A stretch of 64,000 nt of DNA from assembly GCA_964016885.1 (NCBI GenBank), contig OZ024742.1, forward strand, positions 111,414,001 through 111,478,000. The letters run 5' to 3'. The translations under genes and the position numbers were made by a program. Shown in pieces: positions 24,996 through 39,182 of the stretch. Below the pieces are notes generated by a model. It was not told where the DNA came from, made no database searches, and saw nothing but the letters and a program-made list of their open reading frames with translations. Every line of letters starts with the position of its first letter. Positions within the stretch are counted from its first letter, which is position 1. The stretch comes from Eledone cirrhosa. Lineage: Eukaryota.

Positions 24996-25660
24996 ACATT
25001 TACAAAATTAAAAGCATTCAGTATTTCAACAGGAAATGTTATTATGGAAATACTTATTCAAACATACAAGTAAAATATACACATTGTTTACTATCTACAA
25101 AATTCATATGAAGTTTGAAAGTTTAAAAGCTGTCTTCTTCCAAACAATATCACATAGTTGTTATTCGGAAAGAAACTAGTTTTGTAGACGGATAATAGGT
25201 GCTGGCAATTGCAACGTAGATTTTTGAATCAAAAGAAAATAATGCATTTCTCGTGTATTGGAATTTGAATTTAAAATAACGTTGGTTTATTTTTTTCATA
25301 TCATTAAAAACATTGACGGAAAAAAAAGGGTTCCATTTAATGGAAGTCTAGAAAATAAAAGATGAACACTAGAGAATGACAAGAAATGTTTTTTATGAAA
25401 GCTAATGCATCATATATCAGGTTGTTTTTAGTAAGTCAGAGAATATAAACACCATTTTCTTGTATTTTCACAAATCCTTTCCATTTTAATGAAGTCATAA
25501 GTAGCGTTGTGTAGAATGTATACTGCAGGAATAAACCACCTATATATTTTTAAGGCGTATCTCTAGTGCTGGCATTACAGTAACACATCATTGATACATA
25601 CATGCAGCATGCATACGCATATATTCACAAACCAACAGGCACACAGAGGCCGCACATACC

Positions 25661-25695
<35 letters not shown>

Positions 25696-25707
25696 AGGTA
25701 TATATAC

Positions 25708-25754
<47 letters not shown>

Positions 25755-27515
25755 TGTGTGTGAGTGTATTTATGTATGTGTTTGTGTATTCGAGCGTTTT
25801 GTACATATAAACAAACCTTGAAACAAAATGTTCCTTTATAAAATGTCAATCTAATCTTTGCTATTCAAAATAGCTGCCACCATCCCCAACGTTATTTTTA
25901 ATGTATTAAAGGAAAACGCCAAGAAAGTTGTTTTCACCGCAAAATGAAAGTACATAATGTTAAAAGAAATCACACTTCTTTTTACACTATTTTTCTATTA
26001 CTCCACTAATCAATTACATTTTTTTAACATTAAGAATTGAATTGAGCAGAATGCCACGTTTCTGCGATGGGATTACACAAAGTCAAAATATTTTCTTTTA
26101 AACATCATAGTTATATAACAGATAATAATATAAGTTTCCGCAAAAGCATTAACGGACTGCAATTGTACGAAGTGTTCACATGTTAAATATATATTTGCAC
26201 TAACCTAGAAAGTTACTGTTTCCAATATGCAGAGAATGTGTAATTTTTTTAAATCTCACAGAAGCTTATATTAACAAAGTGTGAAATACCATTTGCACTT
26301 ATACGACATTTCGTGCATACTATAATAGAATGTGGTATAACATTTTAAGGAATATATATTTCACTCCCAAAACTGCTACCTTCGCATCAATACAGAATAC
26401 TTCAAATACACAGTTTCCTTAGAAATTATTTAAAATTACATTGGTTTCTCTCTTCTTTTCTGTAACAATTTCAAATAAAACACCGGTTTAAAAATCTGGT
26501 TTAACGTTATATCTGTCCAGAGCATGCATATTAACAAGCAAAGGTGATATATCCGTGAGCTCATCACCTTATATTTGTACTGAGTAATATCATTTAGATC
26601 GTAAGTTGTGATTTGAAGGAGGTTTATCAGCGATATCTAATATATAGGACGGCAACGCAAATAACGTTATATTGTGACACTAGAACAGAGAATTATAATT
26701 TAAGAAAATGTTGCTCTACACTTTTTAAGAAAATGATCCAGAAATGTTATGACTTTGTGACTCAGCTGTTCTATGATTAAAAATATACAAAATACTGTGC
26801 TACACTTGTTCATGATATGAGCCGCTAAGGTGTCTGTGGTGAAATCTGACTGTCTTCGTTTGGTCCAGTAATAATCCTCTATTTTTTGTGAAATTTCACA
26901 AAAGAATAATAGTATACATGTGCGTTATGGCACCTCAAAGACTCATTCCCAAGATGTTCGTTGTAAATATTCTTAGATACTATACATGCAGGACATGCTG
27001 TTAGATTTTAACCAAATAGAGAACTACATAGAAAGCGTTCGCTTTGTATACAGATATTTCATACATTTTCCTGTGAATTTTCGGATATCGTACAGAGTGG
27101 ATGTTATGCCGGAAATTTGATAAAAACGTCTGTTGCTCAATACATTTCTTTAACTTCAATTTATTATGCTTTCATGTCGTGATTATGGTTATTTATAAAT
27201 GATATGGACATGCTAATTTTAGCGAAACACTTCTGTCTTCCATTTATATGAAACTATGGGAGTTTGCTTTATTAAAATGTCAGAGAGACATTCAGCATTA
27301 CAATGATGATGTAAATGTATTTTGGGTAGAATGACCGAGATGGATTTACATAATTAGGACTGTAAAGCTGGTAAGTTATCACATCTCATAGTCTGTTTTG
27401 TGTCAATTTTTCTGATTGATTCAAGTATTTCATGTTTAATATATATACGTAAACAGGTACAAACACACACAGTCCAAATGGATGTATATATATATATATA
27501 TAAATGTATAAATGT

Positions 27516-27546
<31 letters not shown>

Positions 27547-27651
27547 CACGTACATATATGGTCCGTTCGTGTTCGTTGTTCCATTATTGTTTCCCAGTTC
27601 TATGTATTGATAAACTAACACTTTTATGTATACATACACATATGTATTTGC

Positions 27652-27706
<55 letters not shown>
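27652..27706. repeat. (TATC)n tetranucleotide microsatellite
   Basis: Read directly from the sequence. Confidence 0.95.
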
Positions 27707-30700
27707 AATCTAGGTATCTATCAATTATCAATCCATCTATCTATGTGTGTATTTGTTTGCATATTGTTACGACATTAACAGAAACTGATGTTACTCCTTT
27801 TAATGGATGCTATATTAATGTTCCAATGAGTTTTTGTTTTATTAATTGCAAATATATTCTACACCATAACTAGGGGTTCTTTGATAAAATATTATTTTTT
27901 AACATTATGATATTGTGATCTGATTTCTGTTGAATAATTGCTTTTCGGCATGAATGTTCTACACCATTAGAGCATAAGCATGTTTATTTCAAATACAAAA
28001 TGCGGTTGATTTGTCAGAGTCTTTAAACCGTTGCATATCTGTTTTGCCTTTCTGCATTCTGATTTCAAATCTCAACGAGGTTCAGTTCGTCATTTATTCT
28101 TTCAGCGTCAGTAAACAACCTTCTAATTTTCATATAGTAGATGTTCTACTGGATAATCCACAATCTCACTATCAACTCAGTGTGTATACTACCAATCCAT
28201 ACTCAATAGCGAGTAACATCCGTAGTTTAGGTTGTTTATTTCAAAGAGAGATTTATATGCAATTTATAGTAATATCAAATGTTTAATGCACGATTATCTA
28301 CTATATTCATATATGTTCAACTGTAATATGTGTGCTGCTGAAAAGCAAATAGGCTTCTAGTGGGACAATCACATACTCAATATATTTCTGTAGTTTGTAA
28401 TAGCAAAGCATCGGAACTGGTATTTCAAATTTGCCCATTATATGATTCTGCTAATCCATCGCCTTGCCATAACGTCTTTAGCTACTGTAGTTGTATATTT
28501 ATCTTCTGACATACAACCCATGTTTAAGCATACTCATTTGAAATACTTTATTCAAACTATGTCAGTCACGTATCAGCACTGAACTATGCATCTGTTATTA
28601 CTTTAGATTGAAGATGAAATTAACTCACTGTATGCCTTACATTTGTAGCTTTGGAAATAAAATGCGGTAAGTTATAGTTTAAATGTCAACCTAATTAATA
28701 AAAACACAGGTCTATTCTTGAATAGGTAATTTCCTTTGGTTTCCTATGCTTCCCTGTTTAGAGAATGTGAAGAAAGAGCTCGTGAAGTAGTTACAAAATA
28801 GCATTCCTAAACTGTAATTGCATATTACCGTTCCATTACAGTAAATCATATTAGGATCTTGCATGGAGCCAAAACATATCTGTAAAAACATATACCAGTT
28901 TATTTACAACTAGCAGAAAATATATCTTGTATGTAATGTATAAATATATGTAAATAGGATTTCTATATAAACCTTTGAGCAGGGATGGAATGGTTGTAGG
29001 TAGGGTTCTTATTGTGTATTTTTCATTGGTTTCCTGTCTACCGTTTCAATCTGGCACACGGTTGACGGAAGGTGGATCTCTTCCTATTTCCAAATGTAAA
29101 TAACTTAAATAACTGATAAAACAGGACTTCGCCTTTGGACAGGAGCAGCGTAAAATAAAACGGGTCGCAGTGGCAAAGCGTACCGCACTGTCTTGTATAG
29201 ATATTATGATTGTACATACGTAAGACGAATACAACTATTTGAATCTTTGATTTCATGTAATTGCTGTAAAATGATGACAATATGTAAATATGCTCCTATT
29301 GTGATACATCTCTGCACAACATTGAGATAACATATGTTCCTTTAAATCAGTGTTATTGAATACATTCCATCGGTGATGATAGGTACTATCATTTCAATTA
29401 ATTCACCGAGCGCTCCAAATGGTATTAAGTATGGCATATATTTCCATGGAGAATGTTTTTGAAAACGTAAACCTGATATTAAAAGGAAAATAAAACATTT
29501 GAAAATGTACATCGATATAACATTTAAGAAAATGAATATTCATGTGGATTACATATGCCATCAATTTTAGCTTTGTTATACCTCCTTATTCCGCATCAGT
29601 CAAAAATCGATGTCCATTACATTGACTATGTTGCTGTTTCTTTAGAAATATGGGATTGTTTCTATGGTTGAACGTATAACGGCTTGGTGCAGAATTAATA
29701 AACATATCAGACAAGTTACTTACAATATTAATTCCATACGCAAGTTTGTTTTCCTTAGTTGTAGGACGGTGCGCATAACCCACGTGACAATGCAGGATTT
29801 CCACGATGGTTTGAAGGAAAGGATGAATATATTTATATAAAGATCAGAGATATGGAAAGTTTGTTCGCAAAGAAGTTGATTCCATTAAAATATTCATACA
29901 TCTGGTGCAAGTATTCAACCAGGCAAGATGGATATAACAGTCAGATATTCCACAAATCCTGCCCTACTGTCTTAAACAAGTAACATTTCACAATGACTAT
30001 ATACAGATTATGGCTCTAATATATTCCAACTCAGAGCTGGTACAGCTTTATGACAACAATAACATCTCCCTACTGATTGTAGCAGGAAAAAGCCGTTCTA
30101 AGTGCTCAGAATAGTAGTGAAATAGCAAATACAAGTGTATTTATTATAACTGTATGTACGAAAGATACATATATTCTCATAAACTTTGAATACGCCACTC
30201 ACATTCTGACAAGTATATTTGCCATGAATGGAGCATGCCAAGGTTTATCAGTATGTTATCTAAAAAAATACAATACAATTATAAGCAAAAACATATCCAC
30301 TGTGTAACTAGAAATTTTACCCGGTATTTATAGTGGAAAACGTATTTAAATATCTACAAATCACAGAGCAAACAAAGGGAAAATTTCCTGTTTCAAGAAA
30401 GCACTAAATACAGAGATGTCTGTAACAAGAGACTTTGCAAAATCAATAAGCACTATTTAAAAAAAAAAAAAAGTTACATAATAGCATGTTAAAATAATGG
30501 CTTCAAATGAACCGTCTCTAGGGAAAAAATAGATTAAGAAGGATCGATATATTGGCTAATACGTGAAATATTCACATACAATTTAATTATTTTCTATTGT
30601 GACGTAAACAAACGCCAGAAACTATCATTAATTTATACTGATACAGAATACAGAAAAACCCTGGATAAGGCTTTTATCCAGTTGTCTCGGGTTACTTGAG

Positions 30701-31939
30701 TTAAGCCATACATGGGATTTTACACAAGAAAAATTATGCCAGCATTATGCTTGATCTGCTATAAATAGTAGACACGTTACTCTGAAATCATAAGTACTGG
30801 CCTGTGAATGACTGGCAGAGCATCCTTTGGCGATTGTTGCATTTTTATTCATTAAACTGGTATAAAGATTCAAAACAACTCCAACACTCAAGTTCCTTTC
30901 CGATGACTTCAATTATTTTAAAACTATAAATTTGTCCAGCCCATATTACACCTCTCTGGTTTCGCTCAAGTTGTATATTCTAATATTTACAACTCAAGAG
31001 ACGTTTGATGTATAAAATTGAAAATGAACCATATAATATGAAAACATATTTTAAAAAGCGGGTGTATCATATTGATTAGGTCTTGAGAACAGCTTTAAAA
31101 TACGGAGCTATTCAGATTATGCAAGCTGTTCAATATAACACTACACCTCAGAAATGATCAGGTAATGGACAAGTGTTTGCTGGATGGTTATTTTCACCCA
31201 GGGACTGTAAACTTTATCATAAAACAAAAATCATCACCTGTAACATTGCCGTCAAAGGGAGTACAGGAAAGTACCCCAGGTCACAGGATTAAATATCCTT
31301 GCAAATAACCGCTAACTGATTTATGCCCAGTGTCAATGAAAACGTCGACTCTTTTATCCACCAATTCACCCATGGACGCTAAACTGAAGATTGTACAGAC
31401 TTCATTGCTAGCCTGGTGGAAGGCTGTGATCGCTTAACGACAGTTGCCAAGCATCTCCTCTTGGTGTGAGATTGACTCATGACAACAGGTCTATGAAAGA
31501 GACGATGTGTGGAAATACTCGTTTGACAAACTATGACCATACCTATAGACCGACAAGAAAACCTGCAGATCTCGCCGCCTCAGGGCAATTTCACGCAACA
31601 TAAACGACGGCATGTTTAGTCTACTATACAAGGGATGTTGATAGCAAATTGATCGCATGACCAGAGGAACGCGTCTCTTCCAGAAAACTCCAAAGTAGAC
31701 ACGTTCCAGTCCGCCGGTAAGACCTGAACTCTGCTAGGGTACGACAGACAAACGATACTAGATGACTGATTCGATAAAAGCACCAACTGTCCGACGTTTC
31801 ATGTATAATTTCCTCTCGGTGCATCTATCATTAAGACTTACCCCTCTGCTCAGAATCTCATCCCGGTTTTTGTCTACCATCACTACAAGAGATACAGATG
31901 ATTGCAGATCTATAAATAAGATATTAGAGATCTCTAAAT

Positions 31940-32190
31940 CAGGGGGAAGTAATGAAAAAAACAACATACTTGACATGGTACCAATAAGAATCATTACAGA
32001 AACCAACAATCTAATCAGCGCTGAAAGTATCTACATTGTTAAAGTATTACATCTGAAACAGACTGCACTAAAGCAGATCAAGGAACAATGGTGGAGAAGG
32101 AAAATTGAAGGGAACATCAAAATGCTTAGGAAAGATATTAATATTCTGAAAAGGGATGATATTAAATGGAATTCAAGGGATAAATAATAA
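31940..32190 (+). mobile_element. Internal fragment of an R4-like RLE retrotransposon (region upstream of RT)
   Basis: ITETNNLISA..KEQWWRRKIEGNIKMLRKDINIL resembles the pre-RT block of R4-type ORFs (recalled, not searched). Followed by TAA repeats. Confidence 0.55.
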
Positions 32191-33276
32191 TAATATATGA
32201 TAGTAATAATAATAATTATTTATATATTCATTAATAATGATGAGTTTTATATGTATAATAATAACATCGATTATAAATTATATGCTAAAACCACATGATT
32301 TTAGGTGGTAATCTGAAATATTAGGGTGTACGATGGCATCGCATTCTGGGTGGACAAGTGCCTTGAAATCGATTCCATTTTTTCTACTCCAGTAATCTCG
32401 ACATAATGTCAAGATGCTTGAATGTAAGTTGGATCGGGGATGATATGAAATGTCTCCATCGGGATGAATACTGTACTGATACAATTGTGCGAAACAGAAT
32501 ACTTTTAAAGTTCTGGGAAGTGAATGGGCTCAGTAAACGAAAATGTTGATGAATAACTAGAAAGATGTTAAGTACAGAATTAATAGACGCAGTAATAATT
32601 CAATTGAGCTAGTTACATTTTCAATGCCGTAGGGTGATGATAAGTAATACAGTGTGAACATAAAAAATTCCTAGTATAATCTGTCATAAATGATCAACTA
32701 AAACATATAGTGAATGCAACAGACTCTCAATAGAATAATGCTCAGCATCATAGTTGTAGACAGACGAGTCTTGGAATGCAAAAGGTGATGCAGAGACATG
32801 CAGTTATGAGCCACAACTCCGAATATAAACAGGTAGAATACAAACCGCAGACGTCACGTGGCAAGAATAAGTGACATTGTATAGTAACAGACTGGAAACT
32901 CAGAGATTTCAAACAGAGCATGCGTCGTAAACAGACACAAGCATGCGTCGGTAACAGATGCAAGGATACGGCCTTCTTGAAAAAGAAAACATGCCATGAT
33001 GCCTATGAGAAACAGAGGTGTAAGAACTAAAGTAGTTATACGGTCTATGAAAGAAAACAAACATTGTTTCAGACCAAGTCTGAAGGGACTATCAAGACCT
33101 GTAACATTTGAACATATTGATTCCTGGTTAAACTACTTTCTTTTCCATCAGGCATCTAATACAAATTCATAATATTTGTAATAACAAATTCATTTGACAA
33201 AATGCCAACAAAACCACAAAACTATTTTGACATAACAATATTTGGTTTCTAAATTATATATTCGAATTGAAATTTA

Positions 33277-34747
<1,471 letters not shown>

Positions 34748-34825
34748 TAATTGGTGTTGGATGCTTAAAGCGTCCGTATGCAGTAGGCCGTTTGAGCACT
34801 CGATGCTCTCATTGAGCAGAGTATA

Positions 34826-35032
34826 ATATCACAAAAAAAGAGTATCAGTGTTGCGACGAAGCGGATTTTTAGGAAAATCCGCTTCGTAGAATCAAGGCGT
34901 ATCTGAGGACCGTGCGATTTTCAGAGTCAGGTTCGATCATCACATCGATCGTGCCTCGAGTTGGTCGCCAGAGAAACGATTGTAATATGTTCAGTAAATT
35001 CCATTCGTCGCAACACTGATTCTCTTTTTTTT

Positions 35033-35038
<6 letters not shown>
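34826..35038 (+). mobile_element. Short non-coding unit with ~34-bp terminal inverted repeats containing a long-stem-II hammerhead (34897-34990)
   Basis: TATCACAAAAAAAGAGTATCAGTGTTGCGACGAA ... TTCGTCGCAACACTGATTCTCTTTTTTTGTGATA. Inside: GCGTAT-CTGAGGA-..-GAAACGATTGTA/ATATGT. Relatives at 45437-45735 and 45761-45905. Confidence 0.72.
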
Positions 35039-35081
<43 letters not shown>

Positions 35082-35307
35082 AGTATATGTTGGTTGTATA
35101 CCAACACCTAAGTATGCAGATTGGAGCACTCGACGAAGTGCGCAAGCTGGTTCGGTTACTCTGGACGCTCAAATTCGTTTGTTTAAATTCATATGATTCC
35201 AGTTCCTCAGAGAAATAACAACCCAACCAGGAACTGGGCATACCAGAGTATTGACAAAGTTATACACCTCAACAACATGTGTACTCGTCTCTACCACACT
35301 AATTCAG

Positions 35308-35362
35308 ACTGCCTGAAGAGGTCACAGCCAAAGATGGCTGTCACCGAAATATATATAGCAGT
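35308..35362 (+). ncRNA. Type I hammerhead ribozyme
   Basis: ACTGC-CTGAAGA-GGTCACAGCCA aaga TGGCTGTCACC-GAAA-TATATA-TA/GCAGT. Stem I is a perfect 5 bp, stem III is palindromic, and AATAAA follows. Confidence 0.85.
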
Positions 35363-35403
35363 AATAAACGAAGCCAAATTTTAAACATTTGACTTATTTA
35401 TTT

Positions 35404-35459
<56 letters not shown>

Positions 35460-35465
<6 letters not shown>

Positions 35466-36298
35466 ATACTTGGGGAGGGTCATATTTGTGTAATATTGCC
35501 AGAATTAATAACAGAACACACTCACTGTTTGGTGGGTTTTCGCTTCTCGCTGTCTTTTATATCTGTAATCTAGCTTACTCGGTCCCCAATGTTGCCATTG
35601 ACTGACTGACGGTCAAAAATAATACAGATACAATATAGACACAACATATATATAGTTTACATAATTTACATAAATATTTCGTTGCACATCTGCAACATCG
35701 TCAGTGGTGTTATATTTCCCTCCTGTTGTGTTGTATGTCTACGCCATTTTTTATTCAGTCTGTCTATATATTTATTTATTTATTTGCTTGTTTGTTTATT
35801 TTATTTGTCTTCTTTGCGCATGCGTTTGCGTGTGTGTATAGTGTTATGTCTGCTGTGTGACTAGTGTGTATAGTGTTATGTTTGCTGGGTGACTAGTGTG
35901 TTTTTATGTGCTTGTTGTTATTGTGCTTGTGTATGTATTTATTTATCTTATTTTATTTACTTATTTATACTTCTCTTAGGTCAGTGTTGTTTGTTTGGGT
36001 GTTGTTGTTATTCCATATACAACACAACAGGAGGAAAATATAACACCACTGACGATGTTGCAGATGTGCAACGAAAGATTTATGTAAATTATGTAAACTA
36101 TATATATGTGTTTGTGTCTATATTGTATCTGTATTATTTTTGACCGTCGGTCAGTCAATGGCAACATTGAGGACCGAGTAAGCTAGATTACAGATATAAA
36201 AGACAGCGAGAAGCGAGAACCAACCAAACAGTGAGTGTGTTCTGTTATTAATTCTGGCAATATTACACAAATATGACCCTCCCCAAGTATAACAATAT
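35460..36298. mobile_element. Fold-back PLE terminus: ~275-bp inverted arms, each with a hammerhead-like core (about 35668-35712 on -, about 36044-36085 on +), in (TA)n
   Basis: 35460-35737 is the reverse complement of 36016-36298. Core is CTGACGA-t-GTTGCA gatg TGCAAC-GAAA; stem I is weak. Same family as 12040-12600. Confidence 0.85.
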
Positions 36299-36352
36299 TT
36301 GTTGCGACACACGATTTCATGTAAAAAACCTCGCTAAACTAATTCATCGCCG

Positions 36353-36407
<55 letters not shown>

Positions 36408-36419
36408 AAAAGCAAACAG

Positions 36420-37200
36420 GAATAACAAAGCAAACGTACAGTACACTTAAGAAATGTATTGTTAGTTTTATTATTGTTATTAGGATATGGTAGGATATGC
36501 TTGATATATTAAGGAGTGTTAAAATTCAGGATGGAAATCCTTCATTAGAAAATGGAATGAGAAATTAAGGAAGAAATTTTGAAAAACAAATGAAGACGGG
36601 AAGAACTATAAACGAAAAAAACCCCATTATTTTAGAGAAAATAAAAACATATCTATGTACGTCACCGTCTCTAGGAAAACTGTTGATGCTGGCATTGTGT
36701 GTAAGATAATCTTGTTTTAAAAGGGGGTGACCGAGTGCGTCTTGTTGAAAAGGAAAATAAACCGTTTTGTATATAGATCTGTACGTGTGCATGTGTGAAT
36801 ACGTGGGTGTCTGTGTGTGCGTGTGTGTTATTCGTCTGTACTAAGCTAAAAGGATATGTGAGTGTATATATCAGTGTAAGAGAGTGTGTGTGCTTGTAAA
36901 TACGAAGCTGTACGCATATGTATGTATATATAAGGATGGGTGTGTGGGTGTGGTAGTTGTTATTCCGTACAGTGTATTTGTTTTTGTGGGGTTCTGTATA
37001 AGCTGTAAAAGGTTGTTTCTGGCCATAACAGAGAAGAGGAACCTAGGGGGTGAAAGTACGCGCGTGTTTGACAGCGGACTAGGTAAGGGTCACAGTGGTA
37101 GAGAAATAAGCACAAGCGTGTGTTTGCTAGGTTAAGTTAATTGGTGAGGGGAGTTGAGTCCATTAGGGAAACTGAATCCAATGCGGAAAATTGTATATTA
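36420..37200 (-). mobile_element. Possible 3' end of a Neptune-like PLE
   Basis: The - strand near 37150-37175 reads SFPNGLN, a typical GIY-YIG C-terminus. A degenerate HHR-like CTAATGA-AGGAT ttcc ATCCT-GAAT lies at about 36523-36549. Confidence 0.4.
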
Positions 37201-38009
37201 CAAGGAAACCAAACAATCTAAACTATAATAAAGGAAGGTCTGCGGGACTGCGTACGGTTTTGTTTTTTTTATCCCGTTAGTGAAATAAGTTGGATTACTT
37301 TGAATAAATAATGAATGAATATTACATAATTTATCTACTAAATTTCGTAAACAAAAATAATTTCGTAAAAATGAATAATTTAAAATTGACTTCTTTTCAA
37401 AGTTGCACCTCCGGTATATCGTTGCCACCACAACCACCACATCAACTACCATATATATATAGAAAGAGAGAGTGTGAGATGTCAACACTTCCGGAGGCGT
37501 TTTTATTTGATGTATCATATCTACATGTATATATACTTGCGTATAATATCAATATACACACTACACATGCTTGCAGAAAACCACCCGAATGGTGGTTTTT
37601 CTGCTAGTGCGTATACAAATTAAACTTACTGTTTATTCATAACTTTTTCAGACTAGAATATTTCCATCAGTGGATATACGATCTGTTTTTCCCCACCCGG
37701 AACTTTTTAGCGTTGGTTAATAATCGAAATTTGAGAAAATATAAGCTACAGTTCCCGTTGTTCTAAAATATGTAAGGGCATATATTATTTCACCTCTCCT
37801 TGTGTGTACATATGATAGATGTTTTGAGTTTGAAAAAGCATAACATTTAGTCGAAATCATATATGATGTGTTTTGTTTTTTCACGCCAGGAATCTTTTAG
37901 CGTTGGTGGGAGATTGAATATGCATAAATGTTAGTGAAGTCATGCTAACAGCTGTAAGATGTTGAAGGAATAGATTATAGATGTTATGATATATATATAT
38001 ATATATATA

Positions 38010-38595
38010 TATAAACAAGGTTTAGTAAATAATGAAAAAGTTTCAAAATAAATTTTAAAAAATTGACTTTACCTACTATAGTTACCTTTACCGATCGGTT
38101 TCGAATCCCAAAAATAAAACGGAGACCATACGGCCTTCGTTGCAAAGAGAGATTCTCGTCAGAAGGTTCTTTTCATTCAAAGAATATAAAATTCCTGAAT
38201 TTAAATCACAAACTAGCGCTATCAAAGACTGTTCCTGGGATGAGAGTGGATGATGTAGAACAGGTTTATCAAGGGCCGTAGTAAAGATAGAGGCAAAAGG
38301 AGGTAGGTCAAACTAGCCACCGCTGTTGTCAGCAGCAGTCGGAATGACCCGGTTTGTTCTCAACGTTTGTGGAGGTAGTAGTAATATGAAATACGTCCCT
38401 TCACGCACAAGGCGCCTATAGTAGGTAAAGTCAATTTTTTAAAATTTATTTTGAAACTTTTTCATTATTTACTAAACCTTGTTTATATTTGTTCTGGCTC
38501 GTTAATTTATTAACCCGCCATTGAACCACACTGGCACTTGGTTGGACAATACATGCGTACCTTGGCGCCTTGTGCGTGAAGGGACGTATTTCATA
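38010..38595. repeat. Non-coding unit with two inverted-repeat pairs between (TA)n tracts
   Basis: 38010-38081 pairs with 38416-38487, and 38384-38416 pairs with 38563-38595. Confidence 0.85.
38084..38167 (-). ncRNA. Type I hammerhead ribozyme, fully canonical core
   Basis: Minus strand: ACCUU-CUGACGA-GAAUCUC..(internal hairpin)..GGGAUUC-GAAA-CCGAUCGG-UA/AAGGU. Stem I is perfect, the G10.1-C11.1 pair is present, stem III is palindromic, and the cleavage triplet is GUA. Confidence 0.9.
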
Positions 38596-38639
38596 TATAT
38601 ATATATATATATTCTCTTTGTTCTTATAAGTATGAGCGA

Positions 38640-39182
38640 TAGAATTTGAAAGGCAAATACCTTATATTCTACAGAAACGTAATGGGAGAGTTCAAACACG
38701 AAACAGGATATAACACAATATATGGAACGTGCCTTCGATAGCATAGCCCTGCGGACCAGCGAGAACATCAGATGTTACAACTACATTTTCAACAAAGAAT
38801 TGTGTGCGTGCACGCAATAGGCCACACCCTCCCGCTTCCAAGCCTTCCGCTCCATGCGCTTGTACAGACATGTTCTTCGCTTCCCACTAGATCAACCTAC
38901 CAGGATCTTAACCTCGTTCGACGCAGCAGCTACATGTTGGAAGAGGCCTGGCCGAAAGCCAACGACAATTGGCTGGATGTCATTAAAGAAGATGTCCAGA
39001 TGCTCCATGACACCTTGGAGGATGCAAAGAGGCTGGCAATGTACCGCCAGTGATGGAGGGAACTGGTGAATATGGTCGGCTCTACGCACGATGACGAATC
39101 TAGCATCACTGATATATGATGACCTCAGTTCCATCGAGCAAGCGAAAGGAGGATGTAGAAGAAGAAGAAGAAGAAGAAGAAG
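38640..39182 (+). mobile_element. 3' end of an RTE-like LINE with (GAA)n tail
   Basis: RLYRHVLR..PTRIL..WKRPGRKP and WLDVIKEDV..RQ*WRELV, typical of the RTE C-terminus. (GAA)n at 39158-39182. Confidence 0.75.

Noticed and set aside
29586-29804. 72-aa ORF as a host exon
   Set aside because: It has no recognisable motif, an in-frame stop just upstream and no convincing splice acceptor.
37572-37608. Hairpin GCAGAAAACCACC/GGTGGTTTTTCTGC next to CTAG as a Helitron 3' end or terminator
   Set aside because: The spacing does not fit the Helitron hairpin-to-CTRR rule, no 5' end was found upstream, and bacterial-type terminators are irrelevant in this eukaryotic context.
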